A stretch of 64,000 nucleotides of DNA from a virus. How positions within the stretch are numbered: position 1 is the first letter of the stretch; each line of letters opens with the position of its first letter. The notes beneath the pieces are model-generated. The model saw only the letters and a list, made by a program, of their open reading frames with translations. It searched no databases and was not told where the DNA came from. Shown here piece by piece: positions 44,343-54,157 of the stretch. Made by a program: the position numbers and the translations under genes. Location of the stretch: positions 32,445-96,444 of IMG/VR virus record IMGVR_UViG_3300034198_017033. One strand, written 5' to 3'.

Positions 44343-44522
44343 TTATTTAGATTCTTTATTTTTAGTAGAAACGTCTACTCTAATAGTTTGAGCCATAGCT
44401 TTGATATCTTGCAATCCTTTTCTAAGTCTTACACCAGCTGCTTTATTGTTTTTTTCATAAAATTTATTAACATCTTCTTCTAATGCTAATAATGTTTCTT
44501 TTAATTCGTTAAAATTTTCCAT
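44343..44522 (-). CDS. small basic alpha-helical protein (not in the ORF track)
   Basis: MENFNELKETLLALEEDVNKFYEKNNKAAGVRLRKGLQDIKAMAQTIRVDVSTKNKESK. Confidence 0.3.
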   Translation of the reverse strand: MENFNELKETLLALEEDVNKFYEKNNKAAGVRLRKGLQDIKAMAQTIRVDVSTKNKESK

Positions 44523-44524
44523 TT

Positions 44525-44752
44525 TTAATCTTTTTTTAAATCATTATTATTGTTATTTTGTAGCATAGCTTGTAGTTTAACCACGCTTTGTTCAATTGTT
44601 GTTAATTTTACCAACAATCGTTTAACCTCAATTAATTTTTCAGTTAGAGGTTTATTTTTATCATTGATAGCTCTTTCCAAATCATCTTCAACCATAAGTT
44701 GGTCAGTGGAATAACTCATCAATAAAGCTTGTATTGTTCTATTAGTTTCCAT
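44525..44752 (-). CDS. hypothetical protein
   Basis: 75-aa ORF. Confidence 0.4.
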   Translation of the reverse strand: METNRTIQALLMSYSTDQLMVEDDLERAINDKNKPLTEKLIEVKRLLVKLTTIEQSVVKLQAMLQNNNNNDLKKD

Positions 44753-44798
44753 AATTACCTAAAACTAAACATTTATTTTTAAAAATAAATAGTAAAAC

Positions 44799-45275
44799 TC
44801 ATTTTTTATTGGTTTTTAATGAAATATCCATTAATGAATATATCTCAACCAACGCATCAACATCTGAATTTGTTTTTGTTTTATTGTAATTAAATAGGTC
44901 ATTCCAAATATTTAAAATACCTATTTCAAATCCTTGTTTTGATTTATCTTTATTGGAATAAAATACTTCAAAACAAAATTCTAAAAAATAATGATATAGA
45001 TTATCATTATTAAATAAAAAACCTTCACCTTCAAAACCCTCAAGGGTTTTAACCCAACACCAATTAAAATGGTTAAGTTGTTCGTTTTGATTCGTAACAT
45101 CATCGCCCATGTAAGTTTCGAAAACCTTCAATAATAAACTCTTAACAAAATCATTAAAGAGTTCACACTTTTGAAATAGTATATTATTTTTAGTGTATAT
45201 CATTTGAATGGCTTCCCAACTCATGGGCTGATGTATGTACGCTAGAAATCTAGATTTATCGTAATTTTCATTCAT
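44799..45275 (-). CDS. hypothetical protein
   Basis: 158-aa ORF. Confidence 0.45.
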   Translation of the reverse strand: MNENYDKSRFLAYIHQPMSWEAIQMIYTKNNILFQKCELFNDFVKSLLLKVFETYMGDDVTNQNEQLNHFNWCWVKTLEGFEGEGFLFNNDNLYHYFLEFCFEVFYSNKDKSKQGFEIGILNIWNDLFNYNKTKTNSDVDALVEIYSLMDISLKTNKK

Positions 45276-45329
45276 TCTAATGTTTTATTATAATATATGA
45301 ATAACATTAGAAAAATAAATACTTTTTGG

Positions 45330-45944
45330 TTATGCTGTTAACCAACCGTAGTATTTTTTTGTTTTCTCAGTTCTATCATCTAGACCGTGAGTTCCACCGT
45401 TAATTCTTTTGGTTAACGCTAAAATTGAAGCATCGTTAACACCTTTGTCGCAAATATCCCATAATTTGTTTTTATTGAAAAAGAAAATAGCTGATTCAAA
45501 AGCTAACTCTCCAGCAACTAAATCTGGGTTTGTCATAATTTCAGGTCTTTTAAGGCTTTCAGAGAATAATTTGTAATTATCCTTACCAGTTAATTGAAGC
45601 GCTCCTCTACCTCTGAATTTCCATCCATCGCCAGATTTCTCATCTCCGTTACCCATTCTAGATGCGTAAACTCTGTTTGCAATCTTTTCTGGTTGACGAG
45701 CGTAAGATTCCTCAAGCGTACCTGGGAAATACTTACCAAAGATACCTTGTAATCCTTGTGCTGAATAATTTAAATTTTCGCTGAATTTTGCGAAACCACC
45801 AGTTTCATGTGAAGTTTGCCCAAAGAAATGTGCTGCTCTTTCTGGTGTCATGTTATAAAACGCCATTGCTTTTTTTAGCGTGTTAGGCCCGAAGGCTCCA
45901 TCGGCTTGTACACCGATTTTTTCTTGTAGTTTTGAGATACTCAT
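45330..45944 (-). CDS. endolysin: N-terminal peptidoglycan-binding domain plus a GH19 (chitinase-like) lysozyme domain
   Basis: PG_binding_1-like GVQADGAFGPNTLKKAMAFY. GH19 motifs FFGQTSHETGGF and RGRGALQLTGKDNY. Confidence 0.75.
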   Translation of the reverse strand: MSISKLQEKIGVQADGAFGPNTLKKAMAFYNMTPERAAHFFGQTSHETGGFAKFSENLNYSAQGLQGIFGKYFPGTLEESYARQPEKIANRVYASRMGNGDEKSGDGWKFRGRGALQLTGKDNYKLFSESLKRPEIMTNPDLVAGELAFESAIFFFNKNKLWDICDKGVNDASILALTKRINGGTHGLDDRTEKTKKYYGWLTA

Positions 45945-45980
45945 AATATATATTGTTTTTATATAAATATTTTGTAAAAC

Positions 45981-46020
45981 AAAAAAAACCCTCTAAATTT
46001 TAGAGGGTTTTAATTTTTTT
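45981..46020 (-). terminator. intrinsic terminator (ccctctaaattttagaggg flanked by A and T runs)
   Basis: Strong hairpin after the stop of 46021-47790. Confidence 0.6.
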
Positions 46021-47790
46021 TTATTCTTCGTCTTCGTAGTCTTCTTCGTCTTCTTCTTCACCTTCCATCAATGAATCCATTTCATCCATGTCTTTTTCTT
46101 CTTCTTCAAATTCATATAAAGAATCCATTTCTTCATCCATAGGGATATTAAGTTCTCTTGGAGGGTTTGGTAATTGGTCTTCATCGTCTCTACCCATTGT
46201 GTAATCAACGTATTCTTCTTCTTCACCCATGTAGTTTTCACCCATACCACCATTCATCATTTCTTCCATCCATGCTTCATCCATTGGTGCGAAATAACTT
46301 TCACCTAATTGGATACCTTCTTTCATGTGAACATGTTTTTTAGCGTCTGCCGCGTGAGCTGGTTTAGCTTTATCCCATTCACCTGTAGCTGGTTTTGCAG
46401 CATATGTAGTTTTTGATGGATTACCATGAGCAGCTGCTTGTGGTACATCTATTTGGTCCCATTCACCTTCACCTTCAGATTGGTCACCAAGACCTAATCC
46501 TACTTTTTTCTCAACACTACCTTGTACGTGTTTTTTAGCGTCTGGTGCTTGTTTTTTAACTTTTTCTAATGAATCAGCTGAACCAGTTTTAGCAGCAGGT
46601 GCTTTTGTGCCTTTGTCAGTGGTTTCTGAACCCTTAACATGTTTTTTAGCTTCACCAGCTTGAGCAACTTTTTCGTCAGTTTTTTTCTCTGGAGCTTTTT
46701 GTGATTCAATATCTTCACCTTCAATAAGAACTACAGATTTTTTCCAGATATCAGAGAAAATAACATTTTCATCAATTCTAGATTTACCTTTAACTGTTCC
46801 AAGAGTATCTTGAGATTTATACCCCATAAGGTGTTTCATTTTTTGCATATCCTCGTTAACCAAGGTTTTGTCAGAAGCCATAAGCACAATCGCTTTACCT
46901 TCAGTAAGTGTTCCCTCCCAACGCATTCTATATGACTCAACACCGTCAGTCATTTCAAATACTTTGTTATCAACTCTATATGATTCAGGGATAAGCTTCA
47001 AAGCGTTTCCAACACCTTTGAATTCTTGTTTGAATTTTAATCTTTTCATTCCTTCTTTTATTTGTGATTTATTGTTAGTTTTATCTTTCATAGCGATTTC
47101 TCTGCTAGCTTTTTCGTAGTCATCACCAGAAGCGTCTGATTGTGACATATCATCTGGGTCATCCATTTTTGTTTTGTCTTCACTCTCAGACAAAGATGAA
47201 AATTTAGCCATTGGTGCATAATTATCTGGTACTGTTTCAATGTCGTCACCAAAACTAATAATACCCTTAACAGCGTCTTCTCTCTTTTTATTTGAGTCTT
47301 TAATAGCTTGAACCAATTTTTTACCAAAAGTTGGTCCTGTAAACCCTTGTTGTTCTGGAACAACATTAGCATAGTCTGGACTATTACCCATAGTTGGGTG
47401 ACCTTCTATTGCTCTTTTTGCTCTTTCTTTGAACATTTTGTCTGGGTCTCTATCATATTCATTCATTTCTGGACCATTCATTATCTCCATTTCTTGGTGA
47501 TACTCTTTCTCAAAATCAGAATTGTAGTTGAATTTGTTTTGCGCCATGTCCTTGGTTTTAGAAGCAGATTTCTTTTGACCTTTATCAGCAGCTTTAAGAT
47601 TTTTCTCGATGTCTTTTAAACCTTCATCATTAAACGCTTTAGATTTAGTTAAAATAGCTTTTGTTACATCAATACCAGGAGTAGCTTCGTTTACAAATCT
47701 TTTAACTAATTGTTTTTTAATGTTATTTTTATCCATTTCAATGTATTTTATAATAAATATCACAGTTTTATATAAAAACTGTGATATCAT
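46021..47790 (-). CDS. large hypothetical protein, Lys/Glu-rich with an acidic C-terminal tail
   Basis: 589-aa ORF. The tail is EEEDEEDYEDEE. Confidence 0.5.
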   Translation of the reverse strand: MISQFLYKTVIFIIKYIEMDKNNIKKQLVKRFVNEATPGIDVTKAILTKSKAFNDEGLKDIEKNLKAADKGQKKSASKTKDMAQNKFNYNSDFEKEYHQEMEIMNGPEMNEYDRDPDKMFKERAKRAIEGHPTMGNSPDYANVVPEQQGFTGPTFGKKLVQAIKDSNKKREDAVKGIISFGDDIETVPDNYAPMAKFSSLSESEDKTKMDDPDDMSQSDASGDDYEKASREIAMKDKTNNKSQIKEGMKRLKFKQEFKGVGNALKLIPESYRVDNKVFEMTDGVESYRMRWEGTLTEGKAIVLMASDKTLVNEDMQKMKHLMGYKSQDTLGTVKGKSRIDENVIFSDIWKKSVVLIEGEDIESQKAPEKKTDEKVAQAGEAKKHVKGSETTDKGTKAPAAKTGSADSLEKVKKQAPDAKKHVQGSVEKKVGLGLGDQSEGEGEWDQIDVPQAAAHGNPSKTTYAAKPATGEWDKAKPAHAADAKKHVHMKEGIQLGESYFAPMDEAWMEEMMNGGMGENYMGEEEEYVDYTMGRDDEDQLPNPPRELNIPMDEEMDSLYEFEEEEKDMDEMDSLMEGEEEDEEDYEDEE

Positions 47791-47793
47791 ACT

Positions 47794-49122
47794 TTATATG
47801 TTATTTTTTTTAACAAGTCTATCTAACTTATAAATCGTGTATTTTTTACCTTCAGATAATGATGGTGCGTTAATATTACTTTTGGTGCTCTTTAATTTAA
47901 CAACATTGTTAGCAGCCCCTGTACTACATTTACCCTTCTGCGCTTCTTTGTTATTATTTAACTTCGTACAATCATCGAATTCAACAAATGAACCACCAGC
48001 CCATTGTGTGTTTTTTTGAGCTTTAGTTTTTTTTGGGTTGGTTGGGAATTTACCATCTCTTGAAATACCAACAAAACCTGGGTTATCATAACCTATATTA
48101 CCAACACTTGCTGTGTCTGTTTCAGTAACTACTGGTGGTAATTTTTTTTCATTGTATTCTTCTGGTTTTTGATTTGAAGGTGAGAATAAAGCAGTATAAG
48201 CACCAGAAGATGCTGCTCCAGTACTTTCAGCTATCGGTTCTAAAACCATAACTAATTTACTGTCTTTGTCGTATAAATACAATAACTCATCTTTTAATTC
48301 TTCATCAATTAACACTAAATCCATTCTGTTTTTTTCAAAGTCTTCAACACCCTCACCCTTAGACATTTCTTGAAAATTATCGTTAACATAGTTTTCTAAT
48401 ACCTCATCATCAATATCAAAATCATCGTTAAATTCTATATCACCAACAGAATCTAATTCACCATATTTATCAACATATGGTTCAAATATTTTTGGGTCCA
48501 TTTGTCCATAATCAAACACATATAATTCACCAGTGTTTAAATCTTTTAATATAGCCATTTCTAAGTTCATATATTGTAAATCAACATATTTTTTAGTAGA
48601 TTTTTGTCCTGACATTTTGTTTAATTCACCTCTATTGTATGGTGCTTTAGAATCAAATTCAGCTCCAGCTGGATAATCTTCATCGATTGGTGTAATCATT
48701 TCTGAAAGTGTTTGTGATATAGCTTCTTTTACGGAATTAACATCACCCATTTTTTTAGATACTTTGTAAGAACCTTCTTTTTTTACTAAATAACCCTTAG
48801 ATTCTAATGCTTCACATAAGTCTTCGTAGGTTAAATTATGATTTTCCCAAAATGTTGAGAATTCTTCATTTAAACCGTAGATGTATTCTAATAAAGAATT
48901 AACTTCTTCATGTATTGAGTTTTTTATTCCTGGTAATGGTTTTTTTAAATTAAGTTTATCACCAAAAATAACTTTCTCTTCTGGTACATATTTTAAATTA
49001 CGTATATCCTTACCAGCCATACTTCTCCTAAAGCTTTTAGTTATTACATCTTCACCTTCTTTTATGATACCTATTTTAGTTAGGTTCTCATATTGTTCTT
49101 TTGTTATTTTTATTTTTTTCAT
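47794..49122 (-). CDS. hypothetical protein
   Basis: 442-aa ORF. Confidence 0.5.
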   Translation of the reverse strand: MKKIKITKEQYENLTKIGIIKEGEDVITKSFRRSMAGKDIRNLKYVPEEKVIFGDKLNLKKPLPGIKNSIHEEVNSLLEYIYGLNEEFSTFWENHNLTYEDLCEALESKGYLVKKEGSYKVSKKMGDVNSVKEAISQTLSEMITPIDEDYPAGAEFDSKAPYNRGELNKMSGQKSTKKYVDLQYMNLEMAILKDLNTGELYVFDYGQMDPKIFEPYVDKYGELDSVGDIEFNDDFDIDDEVLENYVNDNFQEMSKGEGVEDFEKNRMDLVLIDEELKDELLYLYDKDSKLVMVLEPIAESTGAASSGAYTALFSPSNQKPEEYNEKKLPPVVTETDTASVGNIGYDNPGFVGISRDGKFPTNPKKTKAQKNTQWAGGSFVEFDDCTKLNNNKEAQKGKCSTGAANNVVKLKSTKSNINAPSLSEGKKYTIYKLDRLVKKNNI

Positions 49123-49124
49123 GG

Positions 49125-49376
49125 TTATGCGTTTTTATTTGATAATGAGTCTCTCCAGACACCTCTTTTAACCCAAAGAGTTTTATATAATTGTGTCAAT
49201 ACGTTTTTAGTAATTTCAACAACTTTATCTTCTAATTCTTTATCATTTTTAAGTCTATCTTTAACTATTTTTTCAACTTTATTTTTAAAAGTTGTTGAAT
49301 CCATGTAGACCTTAATCTCTTTTGAAATATCAGATTTGGTAATATCTTCGTTTATTTTTTTACTATTTTTATTCAT
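49125..49376 (-). CDS. hypothetical protein
   Basis: 83-aa ORF. Confidence 0.4.
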   Translation of the reverse strand: MNKNSKKINEDITKSDISKEIKVYMDSTTFKNKVEKIVKDRLKNDKELEDKVVEITKNVLTQLYKTLWVKRGVWRDSLSNKNA

Positions 49377-49453
49377 AGTTATATTTTATTAATAAATATT
49401 TACAATAAATAAAAAAAGCCCAAAACGGGCTTTATTTTTGTTTTCATTTAATT

Positions 49454-49855
49454 TTATTTTATCAAAAGGAAAGATGTTGTTATAATACCTAAAAAAGTAC
49501 CAGCTTTCCAAAAAAATGATTTAACCTTTTGACCTTTTAATTCTTTGTGTAAATCATCAGTTAAATGTTCGTATTGGTTTATTTGCAAATCTTTTTGGTG
49601 AATGATAAACTTATTGTTTTCATCTTTATCTTTATACAATGAAATTATAGTATCTTTTTGAGCTTCTCTTTCTTGAAGTTTTAAGATTTTTTCTTTAGTC
49701 AATTCTAACTCAATTTTGCAACCGTCGTATCTAAGTAAATCCTTAGCTACTAACCTTAGAATTTTATTTGGTAAAATTGTTTTCGTTGTATCTACTTGTG
49801 AAAAACTGCTCAAGCTCAGCATTAGAAAGCTTATCAATATTATTAACTTTTTCAT
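49454..49855 (-). CDS. small secreted protein
   Basis: Signal peptide MKKLIILISFLMLSLSSFSQ. Overlaps the next ORF by 92 nt. Confidence 0.4.
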   Translation of the reverse strand: MKKLIILISFLMLSLSSFSQVDTTKTILPNKILRLVAKDLLRYDGCKIELELTKEKILKLQEREAQKDTIISLYKDKDENNKFIIHQKDLQINQYEHLTDDLHKELKGQKVKSFFWKAGTFLGIITTSFLLIK

Positions 49856-50126
49856 TTGTTTGATTTTTTACTATTGTTATTGTGTTATCTATATGTTGTA
49901 TTTCTTTTGTAATAGAAATCACATTTTCTTTTACTGAATCTATTTTGGTCGATATGTTTTTATCAACAACTTGAGCTGAGTCAACCTTTGTTTGTATTGA
50001 TTCTATTTTATCTTTATACGCTTTTACATCTGTTTTAATACCATTGGTGTTAATAATGTTGTATAACGCTAAAACGATTATAATACCTAATAAAACGTTT
50101 TGTTTGTTTAATTGTAATAAATTCAT
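49764..50126 (-). CDS. membrane-anchored coiled-coil protein
   Basis: N-terminal TM helix. The overlap with 49454-49855 makes one of the two boundaries uncertain. Confidence 0.35.
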   Translation of the reverse strand: MNLLQLNKQNVLLGIIIVLALYNIINTNGIKTDVKAYKDKIESIQTKVDSAQVVDKNISTKIDSVKENVISITKEIQHIDNTITIVKNQTNEKVNNIDKLSNAELEQFFTSRYNENNFTK

Positions 50127-50133
50127 AATACTA

Positions 50134-50631
50134 TTATTTTAAATAATCATCAATATTTTGTTTAGCCCATTCTGTTGCCCAAACATCATAATAACCTTCT
50201 AATTTATTTAATATTTCTGGTAATTTAGGGTTAGAAACGTTTTTAACAATAGGGTCCTCAAAACCTTTAATTAAATCCATTTCAAAATATACACCAGAAC
50301 GATTATCTTGGTTAACCCAAGTTGGCATTTGTTGTCTGTCTGATTGGTTATTGTTTACACCACTACCTTCATCACCTTCTAAAAACACAACTTTCATGTT
50401 AACGTTTCTAGAATCACCTTGTTTTGAAACCGTGATAGATTTTATCACAGCAATAGGGTAAACTATCTCTTTTAATTTTTTTAACTCATCTTTATAAATC
50501 GGTGTGTTTTTTTCAATCTCGACAGCTTTAACGTCATCGCTATTTTCTTTTACCAAAACATTTTGATAACCACCTCTTATCATAGACATCATTTTTTTTG
50601 TCATGTCATGTTCGTTTATACGTTCTTTCAT
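50134..50631 (-). CDS. hypothetical protein
   Basis: 165-aa ORF. Confidence 0.45.
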   Translation of the reverse strand: MKERINEHDMTKKMMSMIRGGYQNVLVKENSDDVKAVEIEKNTPIYKDELKKLKEIVYPIAVIKSITVSKQGDSRNVNMKVVFLEGDEGSGVNNNQSDRQQMPTWVNQDNRSGVYFEMDLIKGFEDPIVKNVSNPKLPEILNKLEGYYDVWATEWAKQNIDDYLK

Positions 50632-51239
50632 AGTTCTTCTAGTTTTTCTTTAAATATCTCAAAACCCCATGATGGGTTTAAATCTGTAAAATTTTTATCC
50701 AAATTGCTTTTATATAACACACCAGAATAATCAAAAAAATTATCTATTTTTGTATTATGACTAATAACTTTTTTAGGTATATTAAACTCATCACACAAAT
50801 CTTTAATTAATTCTAAACACGAATTAAATTGTTCTGTAGTATATGAATCCCAATATTTGTTATTTCTCCAGCGCTTATCTATTACCTCTTTTGGTTTATT
50901 ATAAATATCACCTAACCACGTAATGTATTGATTTTTTTCAACAACTTTGCTTAAAGAACCATAGTTTTCTAAAAGGATTATAATTGATTTGTCGTTTAAA
51001 TCGTCTGAATTAAAAAAATCAGATTTAAATTTTGGTTCGAAATGTTTATAAACAAAACCAGCCGCATCTATAGTAAATGCAGCTGTTTTTTTATATTTTC
51101 CATTATATCGGTGTTTCCACCCAAAAAAATGTTTCATTTGGTCATTAAACGTATGACCTATTACTATTTGTGTTTTTTTTGTTTCCTCTTTAATATAATT
51201 ATTTTCAGATAACACATATGTTTTTTCATCTAAAACCAT
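50628..51239 (-). CDS. hypothetical protein
   Basis: 203-aa ORF. Confidence 0.45.
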   Translation of the reverse strand: MVLDEKTYVLSENNYIKEETKKTQIVIGHTFNDQMKHFFGWKHRYNGKYKKTAAFTIDAAGFVYKHFEPKFKSDFFNSDDLNDKSIIILLENYGSLSKVVEKNQYITWLGDIYNKPKEVIDKRWRNNKYWDSYTTEQFNSCLELIKDLCDEFNIPKKVISHNTKIDNFFDYSGVLYKSNLDKNFTDLNPSWGFEIFKEKLEEL

Positions 51240-52651
51240 TAACGTTTCCCAGTTATTCTTTGAATTAAATTATTTCTTTTTGGTTCTGGAATGTTTACCG
51301 AAAAACCTCTATTTCTTTCTTTAACTTCTTTAATTTCTTCTAAGGTTATCTTACCTTTAGCGTTTAAATTTTCTTCTTCAATTGGTAAAATCTCTTCTTC
51401 AACTACAGCAACTTCTTCTTCTACTTTAGCAACTTCATTTTCAACTTCAACCACTTCTTCATAATCACCTAAAATGTGGTTCATAACCATATCTAACGCA
51501 TGTGATTCATCATATTCTTCCTCATCTTCTTCTTTTTCTTGTGGTGATGGTAAGAACACTTCTTGATTTATTTCTAAAGGTTTTTCTGGGAATTTAATTT
51601 CTCCAGATTCTCCATCTATGATAAGTTCATCAACTGGGTCTATTATATTCTCAAAAATTGGTTGTTCAATTGTTTCATCATCTGAAAATTCGATTGGTTC
51701 TTCTAAAACATCGTTATCATGCTCTCTAGTAGATACTCCAGGTGATTTATATTCGAATTTATTATAATTTGGTTCATTTTGTACTTCAACATTTTTTTCA
51801 TCTTCATTATTTAACACTTCAACTATATCTTCTAATATTTTTTTAGTTTCATCTTCTTCTTCTTTTTCAATTTGAAAAACTTTGTTTGTAATAAGAACCA
51901 AAGCAACTGCTAATGGGTCAAAAACAAAAATTAAAAGTAATATCAAATAATTAACAACACTAGCCATAGAGATACCAGTTAATTGGGCAATGTATTTTAA
52001 AGGACCAACTTCAGCAGCGACTGAACTACCAGATTTCAATTCAATTGCTTTAACATTGTATGCGTTTATAGAATCTGAAAGTACAATGTTTTTAGCATTT
52101 AACACATCTATTTCAGTGTTTAATTTTTGTATTTCACTATCAGCAGACTTAATATCACCTCTAACGCTATTTTTAGCTCTATTAGAACCAGAATTATCTA
52201 ATCTAGATTCTTGACTACTTCTTAAGTTAGATAGTTGGTCTAAACGCTTTGTTTTAGTGTCTATTAATTTTTGATTATCAACTACACTTTTTTCAAAGGT
52301 TGCTTTTTTAGCATCTAAAACACCTAACTCACCTTCATGGATTTCTAACTTATTTGCTGTTGATTGGTAAGCGTTTGAAAGAAACCCATAGATACCAGCG
52401 GATGTGATAACCATTAATATAACAACACTTATCGCTAAATAAATTCTAAGTGTTTTGGCTAACTTGTTCCAATAAGTGTGTAAGGCTGTTGTTGTTACTA
52501 ATTTACCTAATTCTAATACTGACGCCATTATAATAACAGACACGCTAGCACCTGCAAATAGTTGGCTAAGACCCCATACTGAAAAGTATGCTGCGCAACC
52601 AGCAACAGCGAGAGCTAGACCTAACATGACATATTTAAGTTTGAACTTCAT
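51239..52651 (-). CDS. membrane protein with an acidic C-terminal region
   Basis: Multiple N-terminal TM helices. Glu-rich C-terminal half. Confidence 0.5.
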   Translation of the reverse strand: MKFKLKYVMLGLALAVAGCAAYFSVWGLSQLFAGASVSVIIMASVLELGKLVTTTALHTYWNKLAKTLRIYLAISVVILMVITSAGIYGFLSNAYQSTANKLEIHEGELGVLDAKKATFEKSVVDNQKLIDTKTKRLDQLSNLRSSQESRLDNSGSNRAKNSVRGDIKSADSEIQKLNTEIDVLNAKNIVLSDSINAYNVKAIELKSGSSVAAEVGPLKYIAQLTGISMASVVNYLILLLIFVFDPLAVALVLITNKVFQIEKEEEDETKKILEDIVEVLNNEDEKNVEVQNEPNYNKFEYKSPGVSTREHDNDVLEEPIEFSDDETIEQPIFENIIDPVDELIIDGESGEIKFPEKPLEINQEVFLPSPQEKEEDEEEYDESHALDMVMNHILGDYEEVVEVENEVAKVEEEVAVVEEEILPIEEENLNAKGKITLEEIKEVKERNRGFSVNIPEPKRNNLIQRITGKR

Positions 52652-52681
52652 ATTTAATAAATATAGATTTAAACTTATTTG

Positions 52682-53503
52682 TTATAAATTAATAAGACTT
52701 TGTAACTTTTTTGTGTTATGTCTTAATTTTCTTATTGCTTTTTCTTTGATTTGTCTGATTCTTTCTTTCGTTAAATCATATTTGTCACCGATAGCTTCAA
52801 GTGTCATACCATCATGTTCGTTATTAATACCAAAATAAGATTCAATTATCATTCTTTCTCTTTCATCTAAAATAGATAGTATGTTGTTCAATTCTATTTT
52901 AACTATGTCTGATATTTCAACATCTTCTAATTTATTTTCTAACTCATCACCAATAATTAAATCGATTATCTCACCACCGTCTTCATTTACATTTTGATTA
53001 AGAGATGATGTTTTAGGGTAATTTAATAACGACTCATCAAAACTAGACATTTCACGCATTAATTCATCTTCATTATCCTCACCATTACCAAACTCTTTAT
53101 TTAGTTTTGAAATTTTATTGATAACATTTGCTGGTAATCTTACAACTCTAGCGTTATCATTTAAACTTTGAATTATTGATTGTTTAACCCACCAAACAGC
53201 ATAAGATATAAATTTAAAACCTCTTGTATGGTCAAATCTAGTTGCAGCTTTAATTAATCCGTAATTACCCTCACTTATTAAATCAGATAACGTTAAACCT
53301 TGACCTTGATAATCTTTGGCAATTGAAATAACAAATTTTAAATTTGCATTAACTAATTCATCTATCGCTAACTGGTCACCTTTTTTTATTCTTATTGCTA
53401 ACTCAACTTCTTTGTCTGGAGTTAACACAGTTGATTTTTTTATTTCTTTAAAATATTTTGATATGGTATCATCTGCATTGTAGTTTAAAAATTTTTTACT
53501 CAT
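52682..53503 (-). CDS. sigma-70 family RNA polymerase sigma factor
   Basis: Region 2 (DLISEGNYGLIKAATRFD, FISYAVWWVKQSI) and region 4 (LDERERMIIESYFGI...TLEAIGDKYDLTKERIRQIKEKAIRKLR). Confidence 0.75.
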   Translation of the reverse strand: MSKKFLNYNADDTISKYFKEIKKSTVLTPDKEVELAIRIKKGDQLAIDELVNANLKFVISIAKDYQGQGLTLSDLISEGNYGLIKAATRFDHTRGFKFISYAVWWVKQSIIQSLNDNARVVRLPANVINKISKLNKEFGNGEDNEDELMREMSSFDESLLNYPKTSSLNQNVNEDGGEIIDLIIGDELENKLEDVEISDIVKIELNNILSILDERERMIIESYFGINNEHDGMTLEAIGDKYDLTKERIRQIKEKAIRKLRHNTKKLQSLINL

Positions 53504-53585
53504 TAATACTTTTCTTTTTTCTGTTTATTGTTATTTAACAATAAATTATAATGATAAAACCCTTAAAAGTCAAGGGTTTTATCAT

Positions 53586-54095
53586 TTATTTTACTAACAA
53601 ATCCAATATTTTTTTATCTTCTTCTGTTAGATTTTCAACCCCAGCATCAATTATCTTGTCGAATAATGCTTGCTTTTGGTTTTTGGTCATTTTCTCTATT
53701 TCTTTCTCAGTGACCACACATTTAGTTATTATATTTTCTGTTTTCGCTGTTACGATAACATCTTCATTTTTTAATACATTTAAAAAATCTTCCGATTTAT
53801 GTTTTAATGTTTCTTCATCCATATCCCTTAAAAAACCAAATAAAGATTCATGAATATCTTTTTTGTTTATACAATATCCTGAATTATCTTTGTTTAAATC
53901 AAATAATAAAAAATTCCTATTATTAAAAGTAAAATAATCGGTTAATTCTATTGGGTCCATAAAAGAAGTGAAGGTTGATATAATCATACCCTTACCATCT
54001 AAAAAATTTGGTTTACCTTCACTTACCTTGTCAACTTCAGGATAAACAGCTTTAGTATCACCAATAACAACAATACAATAATTTCTGAATTTCAT
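53586..54095 (-). CDS. hypothetical protein
   Basis: 169-aa ORF. Promoter motif at 54109-54124. Confidence 0.45.
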   Translation of the reverse strand: MKFRNYCIVVIGDTKAVYPEVDKVSEGKPNFLDGKGMIISTFTSFMDPIELTDYFTFNNRNFLLFDLNKDNSGYCINKKDIHESLFGFLRDMDEETLKHKSEDFLNVLKNEDVIVTAKTENIITKCVVTEKEIEKMTKNQKQALFDKIIDAGVENLTEEDKKILDLLVK

Positions 54096-54157
54096 AATAT
54101 AAGTTTTTTTACAAAGATATGATTTTTTTCTTTAATTTACAACTTTTTTAGTGTAAA

